NCBI RefSeq assembly: GCF_000018105.1
Contig: NC_009925.1
Location: 150,001-182,000, forward strand
Direction: 5' to 3'
From: Acaryochloris marina MBIC11017
GTDB lineage: Bacteria > Cyanobacteriota > Cyanobacteriia > Thermosynechococcales > Thermosynechococcaceae
Length of the DNA stretch: 32,000 bases
In this document: piece by piece, positions 1 through 7,184 of the stretch
Layout of the letters: each line of letters opens with the position of its first letter
Position numbering within the stretch: position 1 is the first letter of the stretch
Position numbers and translations under genes: made by a program
The notes under the pieces: model-generated
Database searches by the model: none
What the model was told of the DNA's origin: nothing
What the model saw: the letters and a program-made list of their open reading frames with translations, nothing else

Positions 1-814
1 TTAAGGCTGCGAATTGTTGCTGACTCAGTTCCGACTCCGAAGGGAAACGCGACCAAGTCCCTACGCCAGTCGCAGATCCTTTAAAGGTTTGAAGCCATAA
101 TCCGTAGGGAATGGGCTTCCGCCCTGTGCCGTCATTGCCAGCCAAGGCTAATCGACGATAGCGCATCATCGCGTAGTACAGTTGGGCGGGACGTCCGCCT
201 TGATTACCCAAATCGTTCCAGATTCCATAGGGATAGGTGTCTTGCATCAGTAGATCGGGCTGGATGCGACGCATATAGCGTTGGATATTGAGGTCACTGG
301 TACTGCCAAAGCCGCCAAAGCGTTCATCACCATGCTGGTTGGTATAGAGAAGGGTATTGGGAAGAAGCGGTCGGTAATGTTTGATCCAAGTTTCTAATTC
401 TTGAAGTTCACTTTCTTTGCCAATATCTTGTTCGTCTTTAAATTGCCAACTGACAAGATTCTGAATTTGGTCGGATTGGAAGATACGATCAGGAAGGCTT
501 TGGGCAGAATCTTGGGCATTGGCTTGCCAAGTAGACCAGGGCTTTTGCCCAGCGATTGTTTCGGAAGAAGCAAGTTGTCCCCTACCAATATCAAGGGTGG
601 TAAAGTTGCTCGCTTCCCAGTTCTGCCAAAGCTCGGAATCGTTTTCTCTGCCTTTAATGGTGAAGCCAATGGTGAGGGCGTTGAGCTGTAGCCCCCTTTG
701 AATCAAGATTCGATGGCCACGATCTAGTGATTGGAGGTCATTTGGCGTTGCGATCGCATCACCGCTTCCAGCCACAATCAGTCCCAAAAACAATCCACAG
801 CTTTTGAGAAGCAT
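1..814 (-). CDS. Exported hypothetical protein, 3'-partial (continues beyond left window edge)
   Basis: My own minus-strand translation starts at ATG 814-812 and gives MLLKSCGLFLGLIVAGSGDAIATPNDLQSLDRGHRILIQRGLQLNALTIGFTIKG..., with a signal-peptide-like N-terminus. The frame stays open for about 271 codons down to position 1. It is absent from the ORF track because no stop lies in the window. Track ORFs 394..669, 401..691 and 519..701 sit inside it in other frames. Function not recognised. Confidence 0.6.
   Translation of the reverse strand, partial: MLLKSCGLFLGLIVAGSGDAIATPNDLQSLDRGHRILIQRGLQLNALTIGFTIKGRENDSELWQNWEASNFTTLDIGRGQLASSETIAGQKPWSTWQANAQDSAQSLPDRIFQSDQIQNLVSWQFKDEQDIGKESELQELETWIKHYRPLLPNTLLYTNQHGDERFGGFGSTSDLNIQRYMRRIQPDLLMQDTYPYGIWNDLGNQGGRPAQLYYAMMRYRRLALAGNDGTGRKPIPYGLWLQTFKGSATGVGTWSRFPSESELSQQQFAAL
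750..757. repeat. HIP1 palindrome GCGATCGC
   Basis: Exact 8-mer read in sequence. Confidence 0.95.
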
Positions 815-946
815 CGCCGGCAGGGACAGAGGTTTCAATCTGCCGAGACTGGACCAGAGTTGTGTTCGGCAGGGCCTTTCCATTGCCATATTTCCCATTA
901 GTGAGGTGACGATACAGTATCAAATCATTCAGCATGATACCGAAGT

Positions 947-954
947 GCGATCGC
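947..954. repeat. HIP1 palindrome GCGATCGC
   Basis: Exact 8-mer read in sequence. Confidence 0.95.
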
Positions 955-1249
955 ATCCTCCCATATATTTAGAATCCCGCAAAATCTTCAACATCCTACC
1001 TTGTGAACCTACACTTATAGGCCAGGGAACCTAGGGGGCCAAAATTCATCAGTAAGCCTAGTTTTTGACCATCCTCAGAGAATTTTGAGGCAATTATAGA
1101 ATTGGCGGGATAGGGTTGAGGGACTTTATGATAGGAAGACTAAGACGGATCTTCTGGGGGGAGCTGCAGATTCGTTTCCAAAATGAATCTTTTAGATTAG
1201 TCCCTTAGGAAATAATATTAAAATACTTATCTCTCTTGCTTAAGCCTTT

Positions 1250-1999
1250 ATGTACGACGATATTCCAGAGGCCCGTCGGCAGGCCGTTCCAAAAACGGCG
1301 TCTTCACCTTCTCGAGGTAACCCTGCCCTATGGATTGGCAGTGGCATTGGATTGTTGGTGATTGCCGTTGGAGCCGCATTTGCAGTCGGTTTATTCAAGC
1401 CTGAACCCTCCCAAAGCAAGGTAGAAACTAGCCCCACAGCATCCACCCCTCCAACAGGAGGAACGGAGGCCCCTAATACCCCAGATACGACCTTAGGGCA
1501 TTTTTCCTACAAGGTGGCCCCAGAGAACGAATTGCAAGCCATCACCGCAGACAACCGGATTCGTTTACGGTCATCTGCCGCTCGGGCCTACAAGCAAATG
1601 TCCGCAGCAGCAGCAGCAGATGGGATCAAGCTTCAGGCCCTTTCCGGGTTTCGAACCGTAGAGGATCAAGATTACTTATTTTTTAGAGTGAAAGAAGAGC
1701 GGGCCCAAGGTGCCCAACAGCGAGCTAAAGTCAGTGCTCCTCCTGGACGTAGCGAGCACCATACTGGCTACGCCATGGATATTGGCGATGCAACTCAGCC
1801 AAATACCCATGTAAATGTCACGTTTGAAGAGACTCGGGCCTTTGAGTGGCTGCAAAAAAATGCACCCCGGTATAGCTTTGAGTTATCCTTCCCAAAAGGG
1901 AACTCCCAAGGGGTTAGTTATGAACCCTGGCACTGGCGTTATGTCGGTGACAAAGACAGTTTGGAGACCTTCTACAACGCCCGAAATTTAAAATCCTAA
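1250..1999 (+). CDS. D-alanyl-D-alanine carboxypeptidase, peptidase M15B (VanY-like), membrane anchored
   Basis: SEHHTGYAMDIGD and EPWHWRY match the zinc-ligand motifs of VanY/M15B peptidases. There is an N-terminal TM segment (LLVIAVGAAFAVGLF) followed by a Pro/Thr-rich linker. Confidence 0.85.
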   Translation: MYDDIPEARRQAVPKTASSPSRGNPALWIGSGIGLLVIAVGAAFAVGLFKPEPSQSKVETSPTASTPPTGGTEAPNTPDTTLGHFSYKVAPENELQAITADNRIRLRSSAARAYKQMSAAAAADGIKLQALSGFRTVEDQDYLFFRVKEERAQGAQQRAKVSAPPGRSEHHTGYAMDIGDATQPNTHVNVTFEETRAFEWLQKNAPRYSFELSFPKGNSQGVSYEPWHWRYVGDKDSLETFYNARNLKS

Positions 2000-2004
2000 C
2001 CCTT

Positions 2005-2670
2005 ATGAATCAAACTCCTTTAAATGCGATCGCACTTTTCGTTGCCCTGCTCAGTGGTTCGATTCTGGTGGGTCCCATACTCCACATTGCCCCAGAGATC
2101 CCTTTTGCCTTTGCAGCTCTGGTTCTCGCTTTAGTGGTTGCGGATACCTTTGGGTATCAGGGCAAAGGGATGACCCTGTTTTTGGATGGGTTTGCCCGGT
2201 TATCTCCTCAGTACCGCCAGCGGGTGATTCATCATGAAGCCGGACATTTTTTAACGGCTTATTTACTGGATCTACCGATTACGGGCTACACCTTAACGGC
2301 TTGGGAAGCTCAGCAACAGGGGGGCGGACAAGGGGGCGTTTGTATTGAAACTCCAGTTGATTTTTCTGAGACCAATGCCTTGGAACAAGTTGAACGCTAT
2401 TGCACGGTTTGGATGGCGGGGGGCGTAGCTGAAACCTTTATCTACTCAGAAGCAGAGGGCGGCAAAGACGATCTGCGACAACTTCGACGCACTCTAAACC
2501 GCCTGCATATGAATGTAAAGGTTCATGAGCGCCAAGCAGGGAATCGAGCCCGACAAATGATTCGGTCCAATTGGGACGCTTACGAAGCTTTGGTTCAAGC
2601 CATGACCGACCGCAAGTCGGTGGCGGAATGCTGCCAGATTCTGGGGCAACACTGCACGGTTGCCGTCTAA
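2005..2670 (+). CDS. Membrane protein with HEAGH zinc-metalloprotease motif (FtsH/M41 peptidase-domain-like, no ATPase module)
   Basis: HHEAGHFL is an HExxH motif. Two N-terminal hydrophobic helices are present. The start lies 5 nt after the VanY stop, and the stop overlaps the next start (TAATG). Confidence 0.5.
   Translation: MNQTPLNAIALFVALLSGSILVGPILHIAPEIPFAFAALVLALVVADTFGYQGKGMTLFLDGFARLSPQYRQRVIHHEAGHFLTAYLLDLPITGYTLTAWEAQQQGGGQGGVCIETPVDFSETNALEQVERYCTVWMAGGVAETFIYSEAEGGKDDLRQLRRTLNRLHMNVKVHERQAGNRARQMIRSNWDAYEALVQAMTDRKSVAECCQILGQHCTVAV
2026..2033. repeat. HIP1 palindrome GCGATCGC
   Basis: Exact 8-mer read in sequence. Confidence 0.95.
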
Positions 2671-3842
2671 TGCCTAAGCCATCGGCCCGCGTTGAAGCGG
2701 TTCAGGCTCCTATTATCCCCATTATTGGCGATCTGATTCGCCAGCATCCTGGCACCCTGTCCCTCGGACAAGGGGTCGCTTCCTATGGTCCACCGCCAGA
2801 AGCCCTAGCCCAGGTAGCCACCTTTCACCAAAATCCTGGGGTGCATCTCTATCAGTCCGTGCAGGGAATCCCGCCCCTTGTGGATGCGATCGCCCAGAAG
2901 CTACAGGCTGAAAATCAGTTGCGCTTTCACCGTGACCAAATTATGGTGACGGCGGGGGGCAATATGGCGTTTATGAATGCGGTCCTCGCCATTCTCGATC
3001 CAGGGGATGAGGTGATTCTGCAAACGCCTTACTACTTCAACCATGAGATGGCCATTCGGTTGGCCAACGGTCAACCCGTCTGTGTTCCAACGGATCAGCA
3101 GTATCAACTCCAGCTCGATCAGATTGAAGCCGCCATTACCGAGCGAACACGGGCAATTGTGACGGTTTCTCCGAATAATCCATCGGGGGCAGTGTATTCA
3201 GCAGCGGATTTACAAGCAGTGAATCAGTTGTGTTTGGAACGTAATCTTTATCACATTAGTGATGAAACCTACGAGTACTTTACCTATGACGGCATTGAGC
3301 ATATTTCACCGGGTCGTTTTGACCCTGAGCAAACCCATACAATTTCCCTGTTTACCCTCTCCAAGGCTTATGGCTTCGCCAGTTGGCGGATCGGCTATAT
3401 GGTGACTCCTCTGCATCTGCAAGAGGCACTTCAAAAAATTCAGGATACGTTGCTGATTTGCCCACCAGTGGTATCTCAGTATGCAGCGGTTGGTGCGCTG
3501 CAAGTGGGACGGGGGTATTGTCATCAACATTTGGCTACTCTGACAGGAAAGAGGAATCTGGTACAGAAGGCCCTTCTGCCTCTTGAGAAGGTATTTGTAC
3601 CCACTAGTTCAGGTGCGTTTTATGTGTTGATTAAGGTCGATTGTGACTTACCTGATCGAGTTTTGGTAGAACAGTTGATTCGTGATTATCGAGTGGCGGT
3701 CATTCCGGGGAGTGCGTTTGGTATGGAGGCGGGCTGCTATCTGCGGATTGCTTATGGCGCTTTGGATAAAGCTACACTAGCTGAAGGATTGAATCGATTG
3801 GTAAAGGGTTTAAAAACAATAGCAGGAGACCCAAAAAAGTAG
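2670..3842 (+). CDS. Pyridoxal-phosphate-dependent aminotransferase, class I/II
   Basis: SPNNPSGAVY and the PLP-lysine motif LSKAYGFASWRIGY are typical of class I aminotransferases. I place the start at ATG 2670 (MPKPSARVEAV...), which overlaps the upstream stop as TAATG. The track start at 2571 would overlap the upstream gene by 100 nt. Confidence 0.85.
   Translation: MPKPSARVEAVQAPIIPIIGDLIRQHPGTLSLGQGVASYGPPPEALAQVATFHQNPGVHLYQSVQGIPPLVDAIAQKLQAENQLRFHRDQIMVTAGGNMAFMNAVLAILDPGDEVILQTPYYFNHEMAIRLANGQPVCVPTDQQYQLQLDQIEAAITERTRAIVTVSPNNPSGAVYSAADLQAVNQLCLERNLYHISDETYEYFTYDGIEHISPGRFDPEQTHTISLFTLSKAYGFASWRIGYMVTPLHLQEALQKIQDTLLICPPVVSQYAAVGALQVGRGYCHQHLATLTGKRNLVQKALLPLEKVFVPTSSGAFYVLIKVDCDLPDRVLVEQLIRDYRVAVIPGSAFGMEAGCYLRIAYGALDKATLAEGLNRLVKGLKTIAGDPKK
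2886..2893. repeat. HIP1 palindrome GCGATCGC
   Basis: Exact 8-mer read in sequence. Confidence 0.95.
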
Positions 3843-4001
3843 TTTGGCACCAGGATTATCTCCCATTTAATCCATAAAAATAATATTCATAAAAAATAAT
3901 TCGCTCGAAGGGCAAAAAGGAACGGGGGCAGAACACTAGAAGTTTCTCGCCGCAAGCCATACGCTGACCAAATGTAATGAAAACTATGAACGATACCGTC
4001 C

Positions 4002-4092
4002 TTATCCCAACAGCCAAGAACCACTTAACAGCAAGACATAAAACACTACACCACTTAGAAACCAGACGAAACATGTCTCTTTATGGCCTGAG
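4002..4092 (-). pseudogene. Relic 3' end of a paralogue of the ZIP-like membrane protein gene (10124..10846)
   Basis: By-eye alignment of 4002-4092 with 10124-10214 gives about 85% identity. In the homologous frame it still reads ...GHKETCFVWFLSGVVFYVLLLSGSWLLG*, compared with ...DHKETRFVWFLSGVVFYIFLLGGSWLLG*. The rest of the gene is missing. Confidence 0.8.
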
Positions 4093-4100
4093 AGTGCCTC

Positions 4101-4235
4101 TTTGAATTTGAGTTAGGTTAATTTGCATTCAGGAATCGCCAGTTATCAATGTTCTCCAATCGTCATTCAACCGAGCGAGGGGAAGTGGCGGCTGAACAAT
4201 TCTGGAGCGATACGGTACGCGAATGGGTAGTGTGG
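4101..4235 (-). pseudogene. Relic of the antiporter/ZIP-like intergenic spacer plus the 3' end of a paralogue of the Na+/H+ antiporter gene (10936..12237)
   Basis: 4101-4235 aligns with about 10880-11003. The run aggaatcgccagttatcaat[g/a]ttctccaatcgtcattcaac is nearly identical, followed by a more diverged stretch with indels. The encoded tail ...HSRTVSLQNCSAATSPRSVE* compares with ...PVRLPYRSSYRPAAARPVE*. Confidence 0.75.
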
Positions 4236-4382
4236 GTCCAATCAAAGGTCAAAGTTTGGCGAGCTATGGCGTAGATGGAACAGCAAACATCTAGGACGTA
4301 AAGACAGGAGATTGCCTGCAAACATTTCATAAAGAAAATTGGATTTGGTCTGGTCCATCGCTTTGAGATGTTTCTCATCACC
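4236..4382 (+). pseudogene. Degenerate internal fragment of a WD40 repeat gene (copy of 17201..17335 of the STAND gene 14176..17778)
   Basis: By-eye alignment gives about 85-90% identity over the core ggtcaaagtttggcgagct...attggatttggtctg. The copy carries an in-frame stop: atc tag gac versus gtc tgg aac in the parent. The antisense track ORFs 4163..4393 and 17152..17334 share RPNPI.FMK.LQ..SC.YV.DVCCSIY..ARQTLT. Confidence 0.85.
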
Positions 4383-4417
4383 AAAAATATCAATTTGTGG
4401 GCAGACTCAAGATTGTT

Positions 4418-5077
4418 TCAGTCAGGGTTGTACCCACCGACTAATCTACTGATAAAAATTGCAGGATAAATGACGCCAACAATTGCCTCAAAATTGGCAA
4501 CAACCTTAGCCAGCTGACTGACGGGTACCACATCACCGTACCCCACTGTGGTTAGGGTTGTGAAACTAAAGTACAACAGGTCAAAGGTTTGGATTGTCTC
4601 TCTAGCAGAACTAAAGGCATCAGGATGGAATAAGTGAATGCTGCTATAGAACAGAAACCATAAATCTCCAATTAGCAGAAATACACAGATACCACCGACA
4701 ATCGTATCGATCGTTACGTTGTTGTTCTCAAACAGCTTGTGGAGCATCAAGATAATGGACAGAATCAAGAAGCCAATATAAACACTATCTGCGATCAACG
4801 CGGGAATTAATCTGTGATAACTCGATTGAGTAAAAAGGATGTAGAAACAGTCGGAAATGAAGGCTAACCCAGCAATCACAATGTAAAAATAGAATGCTCT
4901 TTTTTGGAGAAAAAACGTTCTTACAATCAGAACAATAGCTATCAGTAAAATGAGGGACAGGATAACCTCTGCCGCTATAGCACCAACGACTGCATAGGCC
5001 ACAAACAGCAGTAACAGCGTGAGTAAAAGCTGAGTGTATTTGTGGTTCGTCAAGCTCTGCAAACAGGTGATTTTCAT
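4418..5077 (-). CDS. Potassium channel protein (pore-loop ion channel, no obvious cytoplasmic regulatory domain)
   Basis: The canonical K+ selectivity filter TTVGYGD is preceded by several TM helices and followed by an inner helix. AGGAG lies about 10 nt upstream of the ATG. Confidence 0.85.
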   Translation of the reverse strand: MKITCLQSLTNHKYTQLLLTLLLLFVAYAVVGAIAAEVILSLILLIAIVLIVRTFFLQKRAFYFYIVIAGLAFISDCFYILFTQSSYHRLIPALIADSVYIGFLILSIILMLHKLFENNNVTIDTIVGGICVFLLIGDLWFLFYSSIHLFHPDAFSSARETIQTFDLLYFSFTTLTTVGYGDVVPVSQLAKVVANFEAIVGVIYPAIFISRLVGGYNPD

Positions 5078-5159
5078 GGATTGCTAGCTCCTGATTGATG
5101 GCAAATGACAAGAAGCCGCGAGGAAATGAACCTAGGGTTCAGTTGTTAATCGTAAGTTC

Positions 5160-5321
5160 TCAAACTTTAGACAAAACCAATGTTTGTTCGATTTTCCTAA
5201 AGGTTGATTCCAACAAACCTGGTGTTAAGTTCGGTTGGGGATAGGTGTCTGCAATAACGGCGGTAATAACAAAGGTTGCAATGAGGCGTTGGATAAAAAC
5301 TTGTTGTTGAGAGTCAATCAT
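5160..5321 (-). CDS. Small hypothetical protein (53 aa), below the ORF-track cutoff
   Basis: My translation is MIDSQQQVFIQRLIATFVITAVIADTYPQPNLTPGLLESTFRKIEQTLVLSKV*. GGAG lies about 9 nt upstream of the ATG. There is no recognisable family; it may be non-coding. Confidence 0.3.
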   Translation of the reverse strand: MIDSQQQVFIQRLIATFVITAVIADTYPQPNLTPGLLESTFRKIEQTLVLSKV

Positions 5322-5366
5322 GGCAACTATTCTCCAGCTTTTCGAGATTGGGGCTTGGATAAATCA

Positions 5367-5398
5367 GATTCAAAGCTGGTAGTTACCAGCTTTGAATC
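5367..5398 (-). terminator. Putative hairpin terminator downstream of the DUF1400-like gene
   Basis: A perfect 13-bp stem (gattcaaagctgg / ccagctttgaatc) has a 6-nt loop and lies 46 nt past the stop at 5444. The trailing U tract on the minus strand (UGAUUUAUCC) is only moderate. Confidence 0.4.
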
Positions 5399-5443
5399 CA
5401 GAGGCTGAGAGGGACAGGTGTTGAAAAAAACCTCTCGCCAGAA

Positions 5444-6052
5444 TTACTGTCCGGTTGGTGCGGAAGCTGTAGCCGAAGAGCAGTTACATTGCAGGTGGTT
5501 AAGGTAACTGTGAACGGAACCCAAGAGTGAGTTGACTTCTTTGACGTCTTTTTTAAGTTGGACGCCATCAATGTAGAGTTCGGCTGTTGGATAGTTCTGT
5601 AATAGCTCCAGAAGGGTTAAGCTATCGTTTTTACTGGCGGAAAGGACTAATGCACTCCGGAGTGCCTGTACATTGGCGCGATCGCTCTTGGTATGGACCA
5701 CCTTTGCCAATTCTGAAAGCAGGAATTCTCCGGGAGCTGTGTTGAGAACACCATCCACCGTGATTGGATCAACTTTGACATCGTAGGTCAGAAATTGCTG
5801 AGCTTCCTTGGGATCTTCCTTAGCCAGTTTCAGAAGTTCTGCCAATTCTCCCGTGGCTTTACCTGTCGAGGCTAGGGTTTCAAATTCTTGGATGGGTACA
5901 CTGCGAGCAAAGGGACCATAGGTCAAGACAACTTTTTCAGCTGCGAAGGCAGCACTGGGCAGTATAGCGCTGCAGCAAACGGTTCCAATAGTGAGGGCTT
6001 TTGAAAAACGCTGGGTAAACAAACGATTGAAGGACTGGAATGACAAAACCAT
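5444..6052 (-). CDS. Exported DUF1400-like protein (paralogue 1)
   Basis: The signal peptide ends AAFAAEK. It is followed by VVLTYGPFARSVPIQEFETLASTGKATGEL, which I recognise as the cyanobacterial DUF1400 N-terminal pattern (family recalled from memory). The start is set at ATG 6052 with AAGGAG 8 nt upstream; the track start 6073 is TTG. Confidence 0.65.
   Translation of the reverse strand: MVLSFQSFNRLFTQRFSKALTIGTVCCSAILPSAAFAAEKVVLTYGPFARSVPIQEFETLASTGKATGELAELLKLAKEDPKEAQQFLTYDVKVDPITVDGVLNTAPGEFLLSELAKVVHTKSDRANVQALRSALVLSASKNDSLTLLELLQNYPTAELYIDGVQLKKDVKEVNSLLGSVHSYLNHLQCNCSSATASAPTGQ
5678..5685. repeat. HIP1 palindrome GCGATCGC
   Basis: Exact 8-mer read in sequence. Confidence 0.95.
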
Positions 6053-6117
6053 AATGTTTCTCCTTTGATTCAATGTGTCGGTGTTTTAGCTAATGTTGGA
6101 CATGAGTTTGTGGGCCA

Positions 6118-6816
6118 CTACTTCTGGACCAAGGGCAGATGACAAGCTATTGGCTTGGATGATGTCAATTGAGTTGAGGGAAGTTGGGTCTGGGATGTGG
6201 CATTATTTTGAGCGGTTTGGCAATGACACAGGATGCCTTTAAGGAAATCGGGGGCAGGGGTGGTGGAATCGCCTTTTTCGATGCCTTCTGCCAGTTGTTT
6301 GATTTGGTTGTAGTCCGTTTCAACCACCTTGAGGTCGATATTGATGGTGGAAGCAGGGTAGTCTCGAATGACTTCAATGACGGAGATGTTGCCATCGGCC
6401 ATCGCCTTAGTAACGGCTTTGTCTAAATCTTCTAGCCCTTTTGATCCGCTCTCGTAGACCATTTCGTCAATTTGGTGGAGGACAAACCTGCCTTTGGGAC
6501 TGTGGATCAAACGTTCAATAAAATAGGGGATTTTGATTTCTTTGGTGAGGAGTTCGCTCCACTGGGTAGGGACTTTTTGAGTGGTATGAAAAAAGGTTTG
6601 GAGGGCTGGGGTTAGCTGACCCGACTGGGCAAAGCTTTGCATCTCGGGTAAGGTAACCGTTACGGTGTCGGAATTATATTTAAGGGTGACCGACTCAGCT
6701 GCGATGGCCCCTGTACCCACCAACAAACTAGTGCTGGTTCCTAGAACTGCTGCTGCTACCGCAAGACGTAAACTGCAAAGGCTAGATCGTGTTTGTACTT
6801 GGGGAAAAATAGACAT
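6118..6816 (-). CDS. Exported DUF1400-like protein (paralogue 2)
   Basis: The signal peptide ends GAIAAES. It is followed by VTLKYNSDTVTVTLPEMQSFAQSGQLTPAL, the same layout as the neighbouring gene. The start is ATG 6816 with AGGAG about 8 nt upstream; the track start 6819 is GTG. Confidence 0.65.
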   Translation of the reverse strand: MSIFPQVQTRSSLCSLRLAVAAAVLGTSTSLLVGTGAIAAESVTLKYNSDTVTVTLPEMQSFAQSGQLTPALQTFFHTTQKVPTQWSELLTKEIKIPYFIERLIHSPKGRFVLHQIDEMVYESGSKGLEDLDKAVTKAMADGNISVIEVIRDYPASTINIDLKVVETDYNQIKQLAEGIEKGDSTTPAPDFLKGILCHCQTAQNNATSQTQLPSTQLTSSKPIACHLPLVQK

Positions 6817-6925
6817 CACAAATTCTCCTATTCGTAGGAATAAATGACAACATTCGACATTAAGAAAGAATTGGGAATTAGCGCAGACAATAAAGCGTTC
6901 TAATTCTCAGTGATTAATCATGAAG

Positions 6926-6939
6926 GGTGAATATTCACC
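6926..6939. promoter_or_regulatory. Perfect 14-bp palindrome GGTGAATATTCACC, candidate operator upstream of the DUF1400-like genes
   Basis: The sequence is exactly self-complementary and lies about 110 nt upstream of the 6816 start, in a 365-bp intergenic region. The cognate regulator is unknown. Confidence 0.3.
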
Positions 6940-7184
6940 TCTTCGCGTGAACCCTTTGAGTAAGCAATGCCCAGCAGGCTGATTGATTAACACAAACTAA
7001 GCCTATTCATTTCCCCATAGTTTTTCAGTAAGGTTAAAGTAAGATCTTTTTGGGGGTTCAACCTATTGAATTTTGAAGTAACTAAAAAGTAATTTTTTTG
7101 AGATAAAGTTACTGCTTACCAGATCTAGCACTTGCTCATAGATGCTTAAAACCCGATTTGCGGTCCCATAGGGTCTGCCCAAAA

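Noticed and set aside
394-956. Track ORFs 394..669(-), 401..691(+), 519..701(+), 759..956(-) and 804..1034(+)
   Set aside because: The first three lie inside, and out of frame with, the long minus-strand ORF that is open from 814 to the window edge. 759..956 and 804..1034 overlap its start and upstream region. None has a recognisable motif or RBS, so I treat them as frame noise.
2571-2669. N-terminal extension of the aminotransferase ORF (track start 2571)
   Set aside because: It would overlap the upstream gene by 100 nt in another frame. ATG 2670 forms a TAATG stop-start junction and begins just before the conserved aminotransferase core.
3856-4393. Track ORFs 3856..4074(-) and 4163..4393(-) as real genes
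   Set aside because: Both are read through decayed copies of other genes. 3856..4074 translates the ZIP-like relic in the wrong frame. 4163..4393 runs antisense to the WD40 relic and then through the antiporter relic. The antisense peptide is mirrored by the spurious ORF 17152..17334 in the parent gene.
4785-5111. ORF 4785..5111(-) overlapping the K+ channel gene
   Set aside because: It is an alternative frame of a gene with a clear selectivity filter and RBS, and it has no motifs of its own.
6926-6939. Reading the GGTGAATATTCACC dyad as a CRP/SyCRP or NtcA site
   Set aside because: CRP-type sites are TGTGA-N6-TCACA and NtcA sites are GTA-N8-TAC. Here the GTGA/TCAC half-sites are only 4 nt apart, so the spacing does not fit. 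I kept it only as a generic candidate operator.
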